Positions 8,291-17,728 of a stretch of 64,000 nt of DNA are shown piece by piece. Positions within the stretch are counted from its first letter, which is position 1, and every line of letters begins with the position of its first letter. The DNA comes from Alphaproteobacteria bacterium (lineage in GTDB: Bacteria > Pseudomonadota > Alphaproteobacteria > CAAGCB01 > CAG-977): NCBI GenBank assembly GCA_024413465.1, contig JAKSVU010000004.1, forward strand, positions 34,690-98,689. The letters run 5' to 3'. The translations under genes and the position numbers were made by a program. Below the pieces are notes generated by a model. The model did no database searches. It was not told the origin of the DNA and saw only the letters and a program-made list of their open reading frames with translations.

Positions 8291-8443
8291 ATGCGTCGAA
8301 AAAAAGTAAATTGGTTGTTTCATTTAATATTTATAGCCGTAGTTGGACTGGTTTCTTTTGTTTCCTTTTATGATTTTACACCAGAAGCTGAAGATGTTGA
8401 AGTTCATTTAACTTACGAACAATTACAAAAAATAAAAAAATAG
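8291..8443 (+). CDS. possible small membrane protein (50 aa), absent from the ORF track
   Basis: ATG at 8291 gives MRRKKVNWLFHLIFIAVVGLVSFVSFYDF..., a basic N-terminus plus one TM. Its TAG stop abuts the xerD ATG (TAGATG). Confidence 0.35.
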   Translation: MRRKKVNWLFHLIFIAVVGLVSFVSFYDFTPEAEDVEVHLTYEQLQKIKK

Positions 8444-9370
8444 ATGTCGGAATATATCCAATCTTTTTTAGAAATGATGCAAGCTGAACGTGGTGTTGCA
8501 CAAAATACGGTAGTTGCATATAACAGAGATTTAGTTGTTTTTGAAAAGTTTTTAGATACGCGTAAAAGAACATTTCGAAATGCAGATATAAGGGATATTC
8601 GATCTTTTACAGAATGGCTTGTTAAAAAAAATTTTTCAATTTGCACTCAGATGCGAAGATTGTCAGCTATCAGAGAATTTTATAAGTTTCTTTATACAGA
8701 AAATATAAGAAAAGATAATCCTACGGATTTGCTAGATTCTCCAAAAAAAAGACATTCTCTTCCCAAGTATTTATCAGAAGATGAAGTTTTTGCTTTGATA
8801 GAAGCAACGGAACATTTCCCAGATATAAAAAAGCAAAAAATGAAAGTGTTGATGGAATTACTTTATGCTTCAGGAATGAGAGTTTCAGAATTAGTTAGTT
8901 TACCCTTTACGGTGGCAAATTTAAAAGAAAATACATTATTGATTCGAGGAAAGGGAAATAAAGATAGGATGGTTCCCTTAACTAATGTTGCTAAAAAAGC
9001 ATTACAAAATTGGTTGCCTTGGAGAGAATTGTCGTTACCAAAGGGACGAAATTCAAAATGGCTATTTCCTCAAGAAAATGAAAGTGGTCATTTGAGTAGG
9101 TTTTCATTTTATAATTTGATAAAAGAACTGGCGGATATTGCGGGAATCGATAGAGATAGAGTTTCTCCACACGTTATTAGGCACTCTTTTGCTTCACATT
9201 TAGTTGATCACGATGCAGATTTAAGATCTGTTCAACAAATGCTGGGACATAAGGATATATCGACAACACAAATTTATACACATATACGTGCAGAAAGATT
9301 AAAAAAGACAGTTCAAAAGGCTCACCCTTTGGGAAATGAAAAATTTTTTTCAGATTTATTAAAAAAGTAA
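8444..9370 (+). CDS. xerD: tyrosine recombinase XerD (XerC/XerD family)
   Basis: N-terminal SAM-like domain. C-terminal catalytic pattern ASGMRVSEL, HVIRHSFASHL and LGHKDISTTQIYTH. D versus C assignment rests on the aroK-adjacent context. Confidence 0.8.
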   Translation: MSEYIQSFLEMMQAERGVAQNTVVAYNRDLVVFEKFLDTRKRTFRNADIRDIRSFTEWLVKKNFSICTQMRRLSAIREFYKFLYTENIRKDNPTDLLDSPKKRHSLPKYLSEDEVFALIEATEHFPDIKKQKMKVLMELLYASGMRVSELVSLPFTVANLKENTLLIRGKGNKDRMVPLTNVAKKALQNWLPWRELSLPKGRNSKWLFPQENESGHLSRFSFYNLIKELADIAGIDRDRVSPHVIRHSFASHLVDHDADLRSVQQMLGHKDISTTQIYTHIRAERLKKTVQKAHPLGNEKFFSDLLKK

Positions 9371-9406
9371 AGACTTAATTATTTTTAATCTGTATAATGC
9401 CTTCCC

Positions 9407-10609
9407 ATGAATATTATTACAAAGTATATGCTCAAACAAATGTTGTTTGGATTTGTGTTGATTACTACAGGATTGTTGATGATTGTGTGGTTATCGCAGT
9501 CTTTGCGTTTGTTTGAAATTTTGATGAATTCTAAAGTGTCAATTATGTTGTTTATACAATTAACGTTGATGCTAGTTCCCAATTATTTAGCAGTTATTTC
9601 TCCAATTGCTTTGTTTTCGGTGACATTATTTACGTATAATCGTTTGATTGCTGATCGTGAATTAACAATATTAAGAGCTGCTGGTCAAAGTCCAATGCAA
9701 TTAGCTCGCCCCGTTTTTATGATCGGTATTTGTGCAATGTTGGTGGGTTTTTACATTTCATTAGATGTTGTTCCAAGATCTGTTACGCGTTTTAAGGAAT
9801 TAAGTTGGAAAATTCAGCATGATGTTTCGCATCTTTTACTACAACCAGGTGAATTTAATGATGTTGGTCATGGTGTGACAATCTATGTAAGAACTAAGCA
9901 TGATAATGGTGATTTAGAAGGAATAATTATACGTAATAAAAAAGAACAAACTGATTCGGATGTCATTATTACTGCTCAAAAAGGGTCAATCGTTTATAAA
10001 AATGCAGTGCCGTTTATTTCTATGGAAAAGGGATCTCGTCAAGAAGTTGATAAGTCAGGTCGTTTTTCCATTTTATATTTTGATTCGTATAATATGAATT
10101 TTTTGTCTCCAAAGGAAAAAAACTGGCGACGTGCAAAACCAGCAGAGCGAAGTTTGAGTGAATTATTTTTTACACCAAAGGAAGATTTTCGCGATAAAAA
10201 AACGTATCATCAATTCAGAATAGAAGGTATTCGTCGTTTAACGCAACCTTTTTATAATTTGGCCTTTATGTTGATTGCTGTTACGGGGTTATTAACAGGT
10301 AATTTTAATAGGCAAGGACATGGAAAAAGACTTGTTTATACCGTTATTGCTATGGCTTTTGTTCAAATTATGGGGTTGGGAATTGAAAATTTAGCAATGC
10401 AGAAGTTATTTGTTTTGCCATTGATGTTTTTCCCTCCAATAATGGTAATATGCGTATGTCCGTATATTCTTAAACATGCTGGAACATTTGATACGACGAA
10501 ATGGGAAGCCTTTTATGAAAAATATTTTGTTCAAATTGAAAAAATTTGTAGTGATATATACGAAAAAATAAAATTATTTTTCCACTCTATTAGATTTAGA
10601 AAAAAATAG
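9407..10609 (+). CDS. lptF: LPS export ABC permease, LptF/LptG (YjgP/YjgQ) family
   Basis: 400 aa with N-terminal TM bundle, a central soluble domain and C-terminal TMs. Sits immediately upstream of lptD. Confidence 0.7.
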   Translation: MNIITKYMLKQMLFGFVLITTGLLMIVWLSQSLRLFEILMNSKVSIMLFIQLTLMLVPNYLAVISPIALFSVTLFTYNRLIADRELTILRAAGQSPMQLARPVFMIGICAMLVGFYISLDVVPRSVTRFKELSWKIQHDVSHLLLQPGEFNDVGHGVTIYVRTKHDNGDLEGIIIRNKKEQTDSDVIITAQKGSIVYKNAVPFISMEKGSRQEVDKSGRFSILYFDSYNMNFLSPKEKNWRRAKPAERSLSELFFTPKEDFRDKKTYHQFRIEGIRRLTQPFYNLAFMLIAVTGLLTGNFNRQGHGKRLVYTVIAMAFVQIMGLGIENLAMQKLFVLPLMFFPPIMVICVCPYILKHAGTFDTTKWEAFYEKYFVQIEKICSDIYEKIKLFFHSIRFRKK

Positions 10610-10613
10610 AAAG

Positions 10614-12848
10614 ATGATGAATAAGTGGATTTCTTTTTTTTGTTTTAGCTTGTGTTCATCGATTGTATATGCTGCCGATATCGATGAAAATACACCTGTT
10701 GATTTTTCAGCAGACGATTTGGAATTTCATCAACAAGAACAAGCAATGTATGCACATGGAAATGTTTCATTTGTTCAAGGAGATTCATTTTTTAAAGCGG
10801 ATAATGTCCACTATAGCGTAAAAGATCAACACTTAAAAGCTATTGGTAATGTTCAAATAACAACGCCAGATGGTGGTGTATTGCATGCAGATGAAGTAGA
10901 TTCAACAGATAATTTCAATAATGACGTTGTTGGAGAAGTTCGTTATGTTTTATCTGATCATTCAATAGCAACAGCTAAAAGAGGACAACGTTTAACAAAA
11001 ATCGATGAGGTTCATGGTGATTTTACTCAATTGGATGATACGCGGTATTCAACATGTGATTATTGTATAAATGGTTTACCGATAGAGGATGAGAGTCAGT
11101 ATACTAATAAGGAATTGGATGAAAAAGCAGAACGTTTTTGGGAAATTCGGGCTAAAAAAATAACACATTACTCAAATGAACATGATATGTATGCTGAAAA
11201 TATTTTCTTTTATGCAAAAGATGTTCCCATTTTGTGGATGCCTTGGTTAAAATATCCAGATCCTAGTGTAAAAAGAAGAACAGGTTTTTTAATTCCTGGA
11301 TATAAATCAAATGATAGAATGAAACATGGGGTATTATTACCATTCTACGTTGATATTAAAGAGTTGGTTCCATCAATGGATGCTGATTTTATTTATACTC
11401 CATGGATATCAAATGATGGTATATTATCTCTTTTAGAATATCGTCAAAAATTCAAAGATGCAGATTTATTTGCAAAAGGATCATTTATTGATCATAGAGG
11501 ATCTTTAGATTTAAATTTTGATTGGAGAATTAACGATATATGGCGATTTAAGGTCGATTTAGAGGAAGTTTCTTCAAGTTATTACAATGGTGTTTATGAT
11601 ATTAAATCAACAAGTGAACCTTGGTATACGTCAACAGTTGATTTACAAGCTTTGACTACAGATACTTATTTTGACTTAAAGGCTATAAAATATAGAAACT
11701 TAAGAACCAATGTTGATTCTGATACGATGCCAAAAGTTTTACCAAGAAGTGAATTTGTTCAGTATATTTCACCATTTGATAATAATAGTTATTTTACGCT
11801 AGGTGCTTCTACAGTTTCCTTGTATAGAGATAATCACGTTAATACTAACCGTGGATCTATTAATATTGCATACCATCTTCCTGGAATTACGCATTGGGGA
11901 TTAGTTTATGAAGGGGCTGTATCATTAGTTGGGAGTCAATATGATGTTCACAATTATGTCAAAGAGGATGGAAGTGTATTTTCTGGTCAACCAACGTCTG
12001 CGATGGCTCAAACTTCATTAAAAATTTCTTATCCATTTGTAAATATTGGAGAAAATTTTAATCAAGTAGTTGAACCAATCGTAATGGTTGTTGCTGCACC
12101 CAATCATATTCAGTCAAAAAATATTCCCAATGAAGATAGTAATAATTTAGATTTTTCAGATATAGATTTGTTTTCGGAAACACGATATACAGGTTATGAT
12201 AGAATTGAGGCTGGTTCAAGGTTGAATTATGGTTTAAAATGGTCGGCATACGATAATGTAGGTAGATCAATTTCCTTTTTAGTTGGCCAAAGTCATAAAT
12301 ATTCAGATAGAAATGAAGTGGATCTTTTTTCAGGAATTTACGAAAAGGATTCTGATGTTGTTGGTCGGTTTCAAGTAAATGATGGAAGATTTATTTCTTT
12401 GGCATATGCCTTTAGAGTTGATAAATCAAATTATAGATTTAATAGAAGTGATGTGACATTAGGACTAGGAAATGATCCGTTAAGATTGAATGTATCATAT
12501 TTGTATACAAAAGACAGAATGAAAGAAGTGGATAGGGGAATTAGAGAATCTTTTGAATATGCATTAACTTCTAAATTGACACAGAATTGGAGTTTAAATT
12601 TTGCTCAAACTCTTGATTTAAAATCAAAAGGGAAGAATGCAACTTCCACAAAAATTTCTGCAAGGTATGAAAATGAATGCTTTGCATTGGAATTTAGTTT
12701 TACAAAAGATTACTCTGTAGCGAATTATAAGTTAAATAAGAATGGGAAAAATATTGATGATTTAAATGCCCATCAATTAGAAAATTTAAGTTCGACCTCA
12801 TATGTTGTTTTTGTAGAAATAAAACCATTTGGAAGAATTGCTTTTTAG
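10614..12848 (+). CDS. lptD: LPS assembly outer-membrane protein LptD (OstA)
   Basis: Signal peptide, OstA-like N-domain (ADDLEFHQQEQAMYAHGNVSFVQGDSFFKADNVHY), a large beta-barrel-like C-terminus ending in F, and lptD-surA-rsmA context. Confidence 0.85.
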   Translation: MMNKWISFFCFSLCSSIVYAADIDENTPVDFSADDLEFHQQEQAMYAHGNVSFVQGDSFFKADNVHYSVKDQHLKAIGNVQITTPDGGVLHADEVDSTDNFNNDVVGEVRYVLSDHSIATAKRGQRLTKIDEVHGDFTQLDDTRYSTCDYCINGLPIEDESQYTNKELDEKAERFWEIRAKKITHYSNEHDMYAENIFFYAKDVPILWMPWLKYPDPSVKRRTGFLIPGYKSNDRMKHGVLLPFYVDIKELVPSMDADFIYTPWISNDGILSLLEYRQKFKDADLFAKGSFIDHRGSLDLNFDWRINDIWRFKVDLEEVSSSYYNGVYDIKSTSEPWYTSTVDLQALTTDTYFDLKAIKYRNLRTNVDSDTMPKVLPRSEFVQYISPFDNNSYFTLGASTVSLYRDNHVNTNRGSINIAYHLPGITHWGLVYEGAVSLVGSQYDVHNYVKEDGSVFSGQPTSAMAQTSLKISYPFVNIGENFNQVVEPIVMVVAAPNHIQSKNIPNEDSNNLDFSDIDLFSETRYTGYDRIEAGSRLNYGLKWSAYDNVGRSISFLVGQSHKYSDRNEVDLFSGIYEKDSDVVGRFQVNDGRFISLAYAFRVDKSNYRFNRSDVTLGLGNDPLRLNVSYLYTKDRMKEVDRGIRESFEYALTSKLTQNWSLNFAQTLDLKSKGKNATSTKISARYENECFALEFSFTKDYSVANYKLNKNGKNIDDLNAHQLENLSSTSYVVFVEIKPFGRIAF

Positions 12849-12861
12849 GAGACTATAAAAT

Positions 12862-14037
12862 ATGAAGAAAATTGTATTTGTTCTTTTATTATCGATGATT
12901 ATCTCTCCTGTTTCTGCAAAAGATGCAATAAAAGCAAGAGTCAATGACGATATTATTTCTGATTTCGATTTTGAACAAAGATTAAAGTTATTGGAATTGA
13001 CAAATCATTTACAAATAGATCAAGTTCAGGTACAAAAAAAAGTTTTAGATCAAATGATTGATGAAAAGCTTAAGTTTCAGGAAATGGTACAAAACGATAT
13101 TATTGTTTCTGAAGAAGACGTAAATAAAGCAGTTAATGATGTTATTCGTCAAAATAAATTAGATCCAAATGAATTGAGACGAAAAATGAGTGAAAAAAAT
13201 TTACCTATGTCATTAATAGAGGATCAAATTCGTTGTGACATGGGGTATGCACGTTCTATTCGTAAAAAATTTGGATTTAAGGCTCTTCCAACTGAAGAAG
13301 CTATTGATTTAAAACTAGATGAATTAAAAGATCAAGCAAAATTATTTCAATTTGAAATTGGGGAAATTGTTTTGCCATTTAAAGATTCAAACAGTGCTGA
13401 TAAAGTTTATGCGAAAGCTGTTAAGTTAATTATGCGTATGCGTGATGGAGAAACCTTTGAAGCTGTGGCTAAAAGTCAAAAAATGCCAAATGACGGCTAT
13501 GTGGGATGGGTAACTGATAAACAAATTAATAAAGAAATTTTTGAAGTATTAGAACATTTACAGCCAGGACAATTATCAAAGCCAATTAAAACAAAAAAAG
13601 CATATCATTTAGTTGTTCTTATAAATAAAAAAAATCCGATATCCTTGGAAGAACAAGAGGTCTTTGATTTAGCTCAAATGATTATTCCTAATGAAAAAAA
13701 GTTAGATGTTGAGAAAAATTTCAAATTAGTCAAAGGTTCATGTGAACGTTTTTCAGATATGGCAAAAGAATATGGTTATCGAAGAGGAATGGTTCCTTTA
13801 AATAATTTACCAAGTGATTATGCTAGGATAATAGAAAGATTAGATCTTTTAAATGTATCAAATCCTATATCGGTTCCTCATGGAAGCCTGTATTTAATGG
13901 TCTGCCAGAAGAAAAAAATGGTTCCATTACCTTCAAGAGAGCAAATAAAAGAACAATTGGAAAATGATTATTTAGAAAGAGAAGCTAACCGTTATTTTGT
14001 TCAACTTCGTCGAATCGCAAATATTGAGGTTTACTAA
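12862..14037 (+). CDS. surA: periplasmic chaperone / peptidyl-prolyl isomerase SurA
   Basis: Signal peptide, SurA N-domain and one parvulin-like domain (GYVGWV...GQLSKPIKTKKAYHLVVL). Conserved position after lptD. Confidence 0.75.
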   Translation: MKKIVFVLLLSMIISPVSAKDAIKARVNDDIISDFDFEQRLKLLELTNHLQIDQVQVQKKVLDQMIDEKLKFQEMVQNDIIVSEEDVNKAVNDVIRQNKLDPNELRRKMSEKNLPMSLIEDQIRCDMGYARSIRKKFGFKALPTEEAIDLKLDELKDQAKLFQFEIGEIVLPFKDSNSADKVYAKAVKLIMRMRDGETFEAVAKSQKMPNDGYVGWVTDKQINKEIFEVLEHLQPGQLSKPIKTKKAYHLVVLINKKNPISLEEQEVFDLAQMIIPNEKKLDVEKNFKLVKGSCERFSDMAKEYGYRRGMVPLNNLPSDYARIIERLDLLNVSNPISVPHGSLYLMVCQKKKMVPLPSREQIKEQLENDYLEREANRYFVQLRRIANIEVY

Positions 14038-14040
14038 TAA

Positions 14041-14874
14041 ATGAATTTAACGCCATTAAGAGATATTGTTCGAGAATTAACAGCTAAAAAGTCGCTAGGG
14101 CAAAATTTTATACTTGATGAAAGTTTATTAAATAAAATTGTTAATGTATCAAAGCAGAAAGATGAAGAAACATTTAGTCGAGGAACTATTATTGAAGTTG
14201 GTCCAGGTCCAGGTGGCTTGACGCGATCTATATTAAATTTAGGAGCTAATAAATTAATAGCGATAGAAAAAGATGAAAGATGTCAGTTTTATTTACAAGA
14301 AATAAAACAACAGTGTGAAGATCGTTTTTTTTTAATCAATAAGGATGCTTTAAAGATTGATTATGCAGAATTGACAAAGGGAAAAAGAGCTGTTATTTCG
14401 AATTTGCCATACAATGTTGGAACAGCTTTGTTACTAGGTTGGCTTAATCAAATAAATTTATTTTCAAGCTTTACATTAATGTTTCAAAAAGAAGTTGCGG
14501 AACGATTGGTAGCTGTACCTAAAACGTCTAATTATGGCAGATTATCTATCATAACACAATGGTTATGTGAAGTTGAAATAGCATTTATTGTTCCACCTGG
14601 GTGTTTTACACCTCCACCGAAGGTTACGTCTGCAATTGTATTTTTAAAACCGAGAAAACAGCCTTTATTTCCGGCTAATAAAAAAACGTTAGAAAGTTTA
14701 ACTTCACTTGCTTTCAATCAGCGTCGAAAAATGATTCGATCTTCATTAAAGTCTATTCCAAATATAGAGTTATTATGTGAAAAAGCAGGTATAGATATAA
14801 CTTCTCGTGCAGAGGAATTAACTATAGATCAATTTTGTAAATTATCTAATTTTGTGGATGAAGTAAAAGTATGA
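14041..14874 (+). CDS. rsmA: 16S rRNA (adenine1518/1519-N6)-dimethyltransferase
   Basis: Motifs LGQNFILDE, IIEVGPGPGGLT and ISNLPYNVGT. Confidence 0.9.
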   Translation: MNLTPLRDIVRELTAKKSLGQNFILDESLLNKIVNVSKQKDEETFSRGTIIEVGPGPGGLTRSILNLGANKLIAIEKDERCQFYLQEIKQQCEDRFFLINKDALKIDYAELTKGKRAVISNLPYNVGTALLLGWLNQINLFSSFTLMFQKEVAERLVAVPKTSNYGRLSIITQWLCEVEIAFIVPPGCFTPPPKVTSAIVFLKPRKQPLFPANKKTLESLTSLAFNQRRKMIRSSLKSIPNIELLCEKAGIDITSRAEELTIDQFCKLSNFVDEVKV

Positions 14875-15185
14875 TTTTGAAACAGCTAATTTTATCGTTT
14901 GCAAACGTATTATCTATTGCAATAGTTCTTTATGATAAAATATTAATAGCTTCCATTATTTTTAGTTGGTTAGAAGCTTTTAATATTCTCAATTTCTCAA
15001 ACAGATTGGTATATCAAATTTCTAAGGTGCTACATGTATTAACAAATAAGTATTTTAGCTGGTTTCGTAGATTTTTACCTCCTATCAATGGACTTGATTT
15101 TTCGCCAATTTTGGGATTTTTAGCATTGTCTTTCGTTGGAAATTTTTTATTGCGGGTGTTGTATGAATTTGCAAACTTCTTGTAA
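14871..15185 (+). CDS. YggT family membrane protein
   Basis: 104 aa, two to three TMs, with the LDFSPILGFLAL motif region. Confidence 0.6.
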   Translation: MILKQLILSFANVLSIAIVLYDKILIASIIFSWLEAFNILNFSNRLVYQISKVLHVLTNKYFSWFRRFLPPINGLDFSPILGFLALSFVGNFLLRVLYEFANFL

Positions 15186-15489
15186 ATACGTTGATATCGT
15201 ACCGGGTGGTGTAAAATTATTTGTTCGCTTATCTCCAAAAGCAAAAAGAGAGGGATTTGAGGGTATATATGTTGAACCTAATGGAGAAGAACGTTTAAAA
15301 ATTGCAGTGACAGCTCCTCCAATAGATGGAAAGGCAAATGAAGCTGTCATAAAATTAATTTCAAAAAAAGTAAAAATAGCAAAAAGTTTGATTCATTTGA
15401 TTATTGGTGAAACAGATCGAAATAAGATTTTTTTTATTGAGGGAAATATTGAACAAATTATTTCGGCTTTACAAGGAGAAGAAAATTGA
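15163..15489 (+). CDS. DUF167 (YggU) family protein
   Basis: Motifs VRLSPKAKREG...LKIAVTAPPIDGKANEAVIKLISK. Start chosen at the internal ATG (MNLQT...), which overlaps yggT by 23 nt; the track start is 15136. Confidence 0.7.
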   Translation: MNLQTSCKYVDIVPGGVKLFVRLSPKAKREGFEGIYVEPNGEERLKIAVTAPPIDGKANEAVIKLISKKVKIAKSLIHLIIGETDRNKIFFIEGNIEQIISALQGEEN

Positions 15490-16313
15490 TAATAAATGGT
15501 TTAGAAATTGCGAAGGATTGTCGAGCTAAATTAAAAGAAAAAATAGATAAAATGGAAATAAAACCGTGTTTGGCAGTTATTTTAGTTGGAGATGATCCTG
15601 CAAGTCAAATTTATGTTGCTAACAAAGAAAAAGCTGCGACAGAAGTCGGAATAATTTCCAAAATCTTTCGATTAGAAAAAACAACAAAAGAGCAAGATTT
15701 ACTGAATTTGATTGAAATTCTTAATCAAGATAAAAATGTGCATGGAATCTTGGTTCAATTACCTTTGCCAAAAGAAATTGATGAAAAAAAAGTTATATTA
15801 GCTATTTCACCAGAAAAAGATGTTGATGGTTTCCATCCGATGAATTTAGGTAAATTAGTTGCAGGAATAAAAGGGCTAGTAGCTTGCACTCCAAAAGGAT
15901 GTTTAAAATTAATTAAAAGTGTTCAAAGTGATTTAACTGGATTAAATGCAATTGTTATTGGAAGGTCTACAATTGTTGGGAAACCAATGGCTCAACTTTT
16001 ATTGCAAGAAAATTGTACTGTAATGATGACTCATTCAAAAACAAAAAATTTACCAGAACTTTGTCAACAAGCAGATATTGTTGTTGTTGCCGTTGGAAAA
16101 CCGAATTTTGTTCAGGGGAATTGGATAAAATCTAGTGCAATTGTTATTGATGTTGGAATCAATAGACTTGATACTGGAAAATTATGTGGAGATGTTGATT
16201 TTAATAATGTTTCTTGTGCAGCAATCACTCCTGTTCCAAAAGGTGTTGGGCCGATGACAATAGCAATGTTACTAGAAAATACATTGGAAGCCTTTGAAAA
16301 TCAAAACAGCTAA
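15486..16313 (+). CDS. folD: bifunctional methylenetetrahydrofolate dehydrogenase / methenyl-THF cyclohydrolase
   Basis: Motifs VILVGDDPASQIYV, GRSTIVGKPMAQLL and TPVPKGVGPMTIAML. Confidence 0.9.
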   Translation: MIINGLEIAKDCRAKLKEKIDKMEIKPCLAVILVGDDPASQIYVANKEKAATEVGIISKIFRLEKTTKEQDLLNLIEILNQDKNVHGILVQLPLPKEIDEKKVILAISPEKDVDGFHPMNLGKLVAGIKGLVACTPKGCLKLIKSVQSDLTGLNAIVIGRSTIVGKPMAQLLLQENCTVMMTHSKTKNLPELCQQADIVVVAVGKPNFVQGNWIKSSAIVIDVGINRLDTGKLCGDVDFNNVSCAAITPVPKGVGPMTIAMLLENTLEAFENQNS

Positions 16314-16849
16314 AATTTTTTCCTCTTTTTAGTTTTATTTTTTTTATTACGTTTTTTGTGTCGAAAATCTTCTGGAGGTTGAAAATATTCACACGCCCAA
16401 AATCCTCTATGATTTTCTTTTGCATCTAACTCATCAGGAATAAATTTTTGAGAATATTGCTTATATGCTACAGCATATCCATTGTAGACCATCCATTGAT
16501 TTAAACTTATATTTTTACCATCTTTTTCTATAAAACATTCTCCAATGGATCTTCCATAACGGTCGCGACTTTCTGATTTACAATTTAATTTATTTTTCCC
16601 CACAAATTTTTTTAGTTTTTCAGTAGCAATTTGTCCACAATGAGTATTTTTCCCAGAACATTTACAAATTTGTTTAGATTCCGGGGCATCTACACCTTGA
16701 AAGCGAATTTTATGTTCTCCAAATGAAATAGTATCTCCATCAATAATCTGATAGTTATAATGATTATAATATTCTGTACAACAAAAAGCTGTGATGATTG
16801 CAACAAGATATTTTATGAATTTTTTTAAAATATTTTTAGAAATAATCAT
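16310..16849 (-). CDS. secreted or membrane-anchored thermonuclease (SNase-like) with a Lys-rich C-terminal tail
   Basis: N-terminal hydrophobic segment. SNase motifs DGDTISF...IRFQGVDAPE and DRYGRSIGEC. Tail reads HKKRNKKNKTKKRKKF. Confidence 0.75.
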   Translation of the reverse strand: MIISKNILKKFIKYLVAIITAFCCTEYYNHYNYQIIDGDTISFGEHKIRFQGVDAPESKQICKCSGKNTHCGQIATEKLKKFVGKNKLNCKSESRDRYGRSIGECFIEKDGKNISLNQWMVYNGYAVAYKQYSQKFIPDELDAKENHRGFWACEYFQPPEDFRHKKRNKKNKTKKRKKF

Positions 16850-16994
16850 TTTTATTTTTTTTCATAAACAAAGCTTCTTACTGTTAAGATGATAATCAAA
16901 TTTTGAATAAATGAAATAAAAACAGACTTTTCAGTGACTATTTTTTTCAGATTGGATATAATTATCACAAATTTATATTTTTTAGGAGTTTAAT

Positions 16995-17711
16995 ATGAAG
17001 ACTTTTTTTAGTTTTTTAGTCCTTTCAATCGGTTTAGTTTTGGGAGGTTTTTTCCCAGGTTATTTTTATTACAAAACAATTCAGCATAACAGAACAGTTT
17101 CCGTAAAGGGATTAGCGGAAATGAACGTAGAGGCAAATTTAGCTATTTGGAAAATAAAATTTAAGACAACGGGAAATGATTTAAAAATCTTAAATAATAA
17201 GATGGGAAAAGACGCTGATGAGATTAATAATTTTTTGATTTCAAAAGGTTTTAGTCCAGATGAAATTATTTTAGGTCGTTTAAATTCAAATGACTTGATG
17301 ACGAATGCATATCGAGATGATCATGCTGAAAATTCTCGATATATCTTGGATCAAACGATTACAGTTAGAACTTCAAAAGTTAGAGAAACAGAGACATCTT
17401 TGAATGAAATAGGTTCGTTAGTAGCAAAAGGTGTTATTTTTGATTTTCAAGATTACGTAGCACCTGTTTCTTATTTGTTTACAGGATTAAATGATATAAA
17501 ACCTAAAATGCTTGAAGAAGCTACTAAAAATGCAAAACAAGCAGCAGATGAATTTGCAAAAAGTTCAAATAGTAAGGTTGGAAAAATTAAATCAGCAAAC
17601 CAGGGTGTTTTTTCAATTTTGCCACGAGATCAAACTCCAAACATAAATGAATCAGAACAAATTGAGAAAACAGTACGAGTTGTATCGACAATCGTTTATT
17701 ACATTGATTAA
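16995..17711 (+). CDS. SIMPL (DUF541) family periplasmic protein
   Basis: N-terminal TM or signal sequence, ~238 aa, overall SIMPL-like pattern (VSVKGLAE...A.LA.W, C-terminal AKQAADEFAKSSNSKVGKI). Confidence 0.6.
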   Translation: MKTFFSFLVLSIGLVLGGFFPGYFYYKTIQHNRTVSVKGLAEMNVEANLAIWKIKFKTTGNDLKILNNKMGKDADEINNFLISKGFSPDEIILGRLNSNDLMTNAYRDDHAENSRYILDQTITVRTSKVRETETSLNEIGSLVAKGVIFDFQDYVAPVSYLFTGLNDIKPKMLEEATKNAKQAADEFAKSSNSKVGKIKSANQGVFSILPRDQTPNINESEQIEKTVRVVSTIVYYID

Positions 17712-17728
17712 AAAGTTTTTGTGGGAAT

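Noticed and set aside
8444-9370. Tyrosine recombinase considered as an integrase marking a mobile element or prophage.
   Set aside because: It has the XerC/XerD-type housekeeping architecture in the conserved aroK-adjacent position. There are no flanking phage, IS or att-like repeats.
14325-14333. T9 homopolymer inside rsmA, and an A9 at 1051-1059 in the ORF at 964, considered as phase-variation tracts.
   Set aside because: Both are in frame within intact ORFs. Long A/T runs are expected in this AT-rich genome. I noted them only as a control for the frameshifted T9 at 40964-40972.
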